DNA of 64,000 nucleotides from Candidatus Latescibacterota bacterium (GTDB lineage Bacteria; Latescibacterota; UBA2968; UBA8231): NCBI GenBank assembly GCA_965242865.1, contig CBDETK010000013.1, positions 3,136,001 to 3,200,000 of the forward strand, read 5' to 3'. Shown piece by piece: positions 63,269 to 64,000 of this stretch (position 1 is its first letter; each line of letters starts with the position of its first letter). The notes under the pieces were generated by a model. It saw only the letters and a program-made list of their open reading frames with translations, ran no database searches and was not told where the DNA came from. The position numbers and the translations under genes were made by a program.

Positions 63269-64000
63269 ATGCGCGGCTTGTTTTTTGCGATTGGCTTATT
63301 GACCGCTCCGGTTGGAGCCTTGGCCTTAACGTGGGATTTTGACGAGGGCACCACGTGGGGCTGGACCGCCCAAGAGAGCTACTTAGGCGATGACGACAGA
63401 GATCCCACCACGGTGTACAGCGAAGTCGAAGACGGCGTCTGGCGCATTGCGCCGGTGCCGGACGGACAACGACCGGCCATTACGTTGTACTCGCCGCCGA
63501 TTGGGGAAGACTCGGCCCTATTCGACTATGTCACCCTCCGGCTCCGCATCCTCCATGATAGCCCCACCGGGGGGAATCTCTTTATGGACTGGTTCAATGC
63601 CGAGTACAAAAGACTCCGGGAGGAAAGAAGACTCAAACAGGCAGCGGGCCAACGCATACCAAGCTACGGGTCGAAGTTTTCGATGGGCCGTTATCAAATC
63701 TATCCCACCCAATGGGAAGACATCACGATAGATATACGCGCCTTAGAAGCCGCTGCGGAAGCGAATCCAGAAGTCGCGATCGTCTGGCAGGACACCCTTT
63801 TTGAGTTTTATTTTGACTTGGCTCTAAACACCGCCGCGCAGGGGCCGGCCGATCATCCGTCCTTTGTCGAAGTAGATTGGATTCAACTGACCGGGGTCGA
63901 AGAGTTGCTCTTGGGGGAATTGCCGCCCCGGAGGATCGCCGCGCCGGCTGGGTCGCCCGGCGCGTTGTTCGCCGCGCCCAACTTCTCCCCCCTCGGCGAA
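63269..64000 (+). CDS. CBM-like/FG-GAP protein, paralog 15 (3' partial)
   Basis: MRGLFFAIGLLTAPVGALALTWDFDEGTTWGWTAQE, open to the window end and missing from the ORF track. Confidence 0.8.
   Translation, partial: MRGLFFAIGLLTAPVGALALTWDFDEGTTWGWTAQESYLGDDDRDPTTVYSEVEDGVWRIAPVPDGQRPAITLYSPPIGEDSALFDYVTLRLRILHDSPTGGNLFMDWFNAEYKRLREERRLKQAAGQRIPSYGSKFSMGRYQIYPTQWEDITIDIRALEAAAEANPEVAIVWQDTLFEFYFDLALNTAAQGPADHPSFVEVDWIQLTGVEELLLGELPPRRIAAPAGSPGALFAAPNFSPLGE

Noticed and set aside
20151-64000. Diversity-generating retroelement as the source of variation
   Set aside because: No reverse transcriptase or template/variable repeat pair is in the window. Differences include indels and all base types across many loops rather than adenine-specific changes near a C-terminus.

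Overview
GC-rich bacterial window with every supported gene on the + strand. The NYPNPFNP-type C-terminal domains suggest an FCB-superphylum lineage such as Latescibacterota, but this is inference only. Positions 1-13.1 kb hold a small defence/toxin-antitoxin cluster (5'-truncated type ISP/IIG-like restriction-modification methylase, Uma2, PIN-DUF433 fusion, DUF5615 toxin, AlbA/Schlafen ATPase) interleaved with psd, uxuA, an EamA transporter, two paralogous oxidoreductase-like genes and an aldo/keto reductase. From 13.2 kb to beyond the window end lies a >50 kb, apparently sigma54-controlled polymorphic secretion locus. It opens with a beta-propeller/Y_Y_Y/AAA+ enhancer-binding protein and contains three copies of an enhancer plus -24/-12 promoter module. 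A putative maturation operon encodes an A24 prepilin-like peptidase, a CxxC FMN-binding protein and two TlpA-like redoxins. Five genes share a constant leader and a hypervariable Cys-rich core, and two of these are fused to a FlgD-Ig/T9SS-like tail. An array of 15 secreted CBM-like + FG-GAP propeller paralogs shows loop-restricted variation and mosaic identity. The locus also has three TonB-like-anchored DUF4159 proteins, a glycosyltransferase-transglutaminase fusion, a GT2 and TPR relics. Domain calls are from motif recognition only and functional models are hypotheses.
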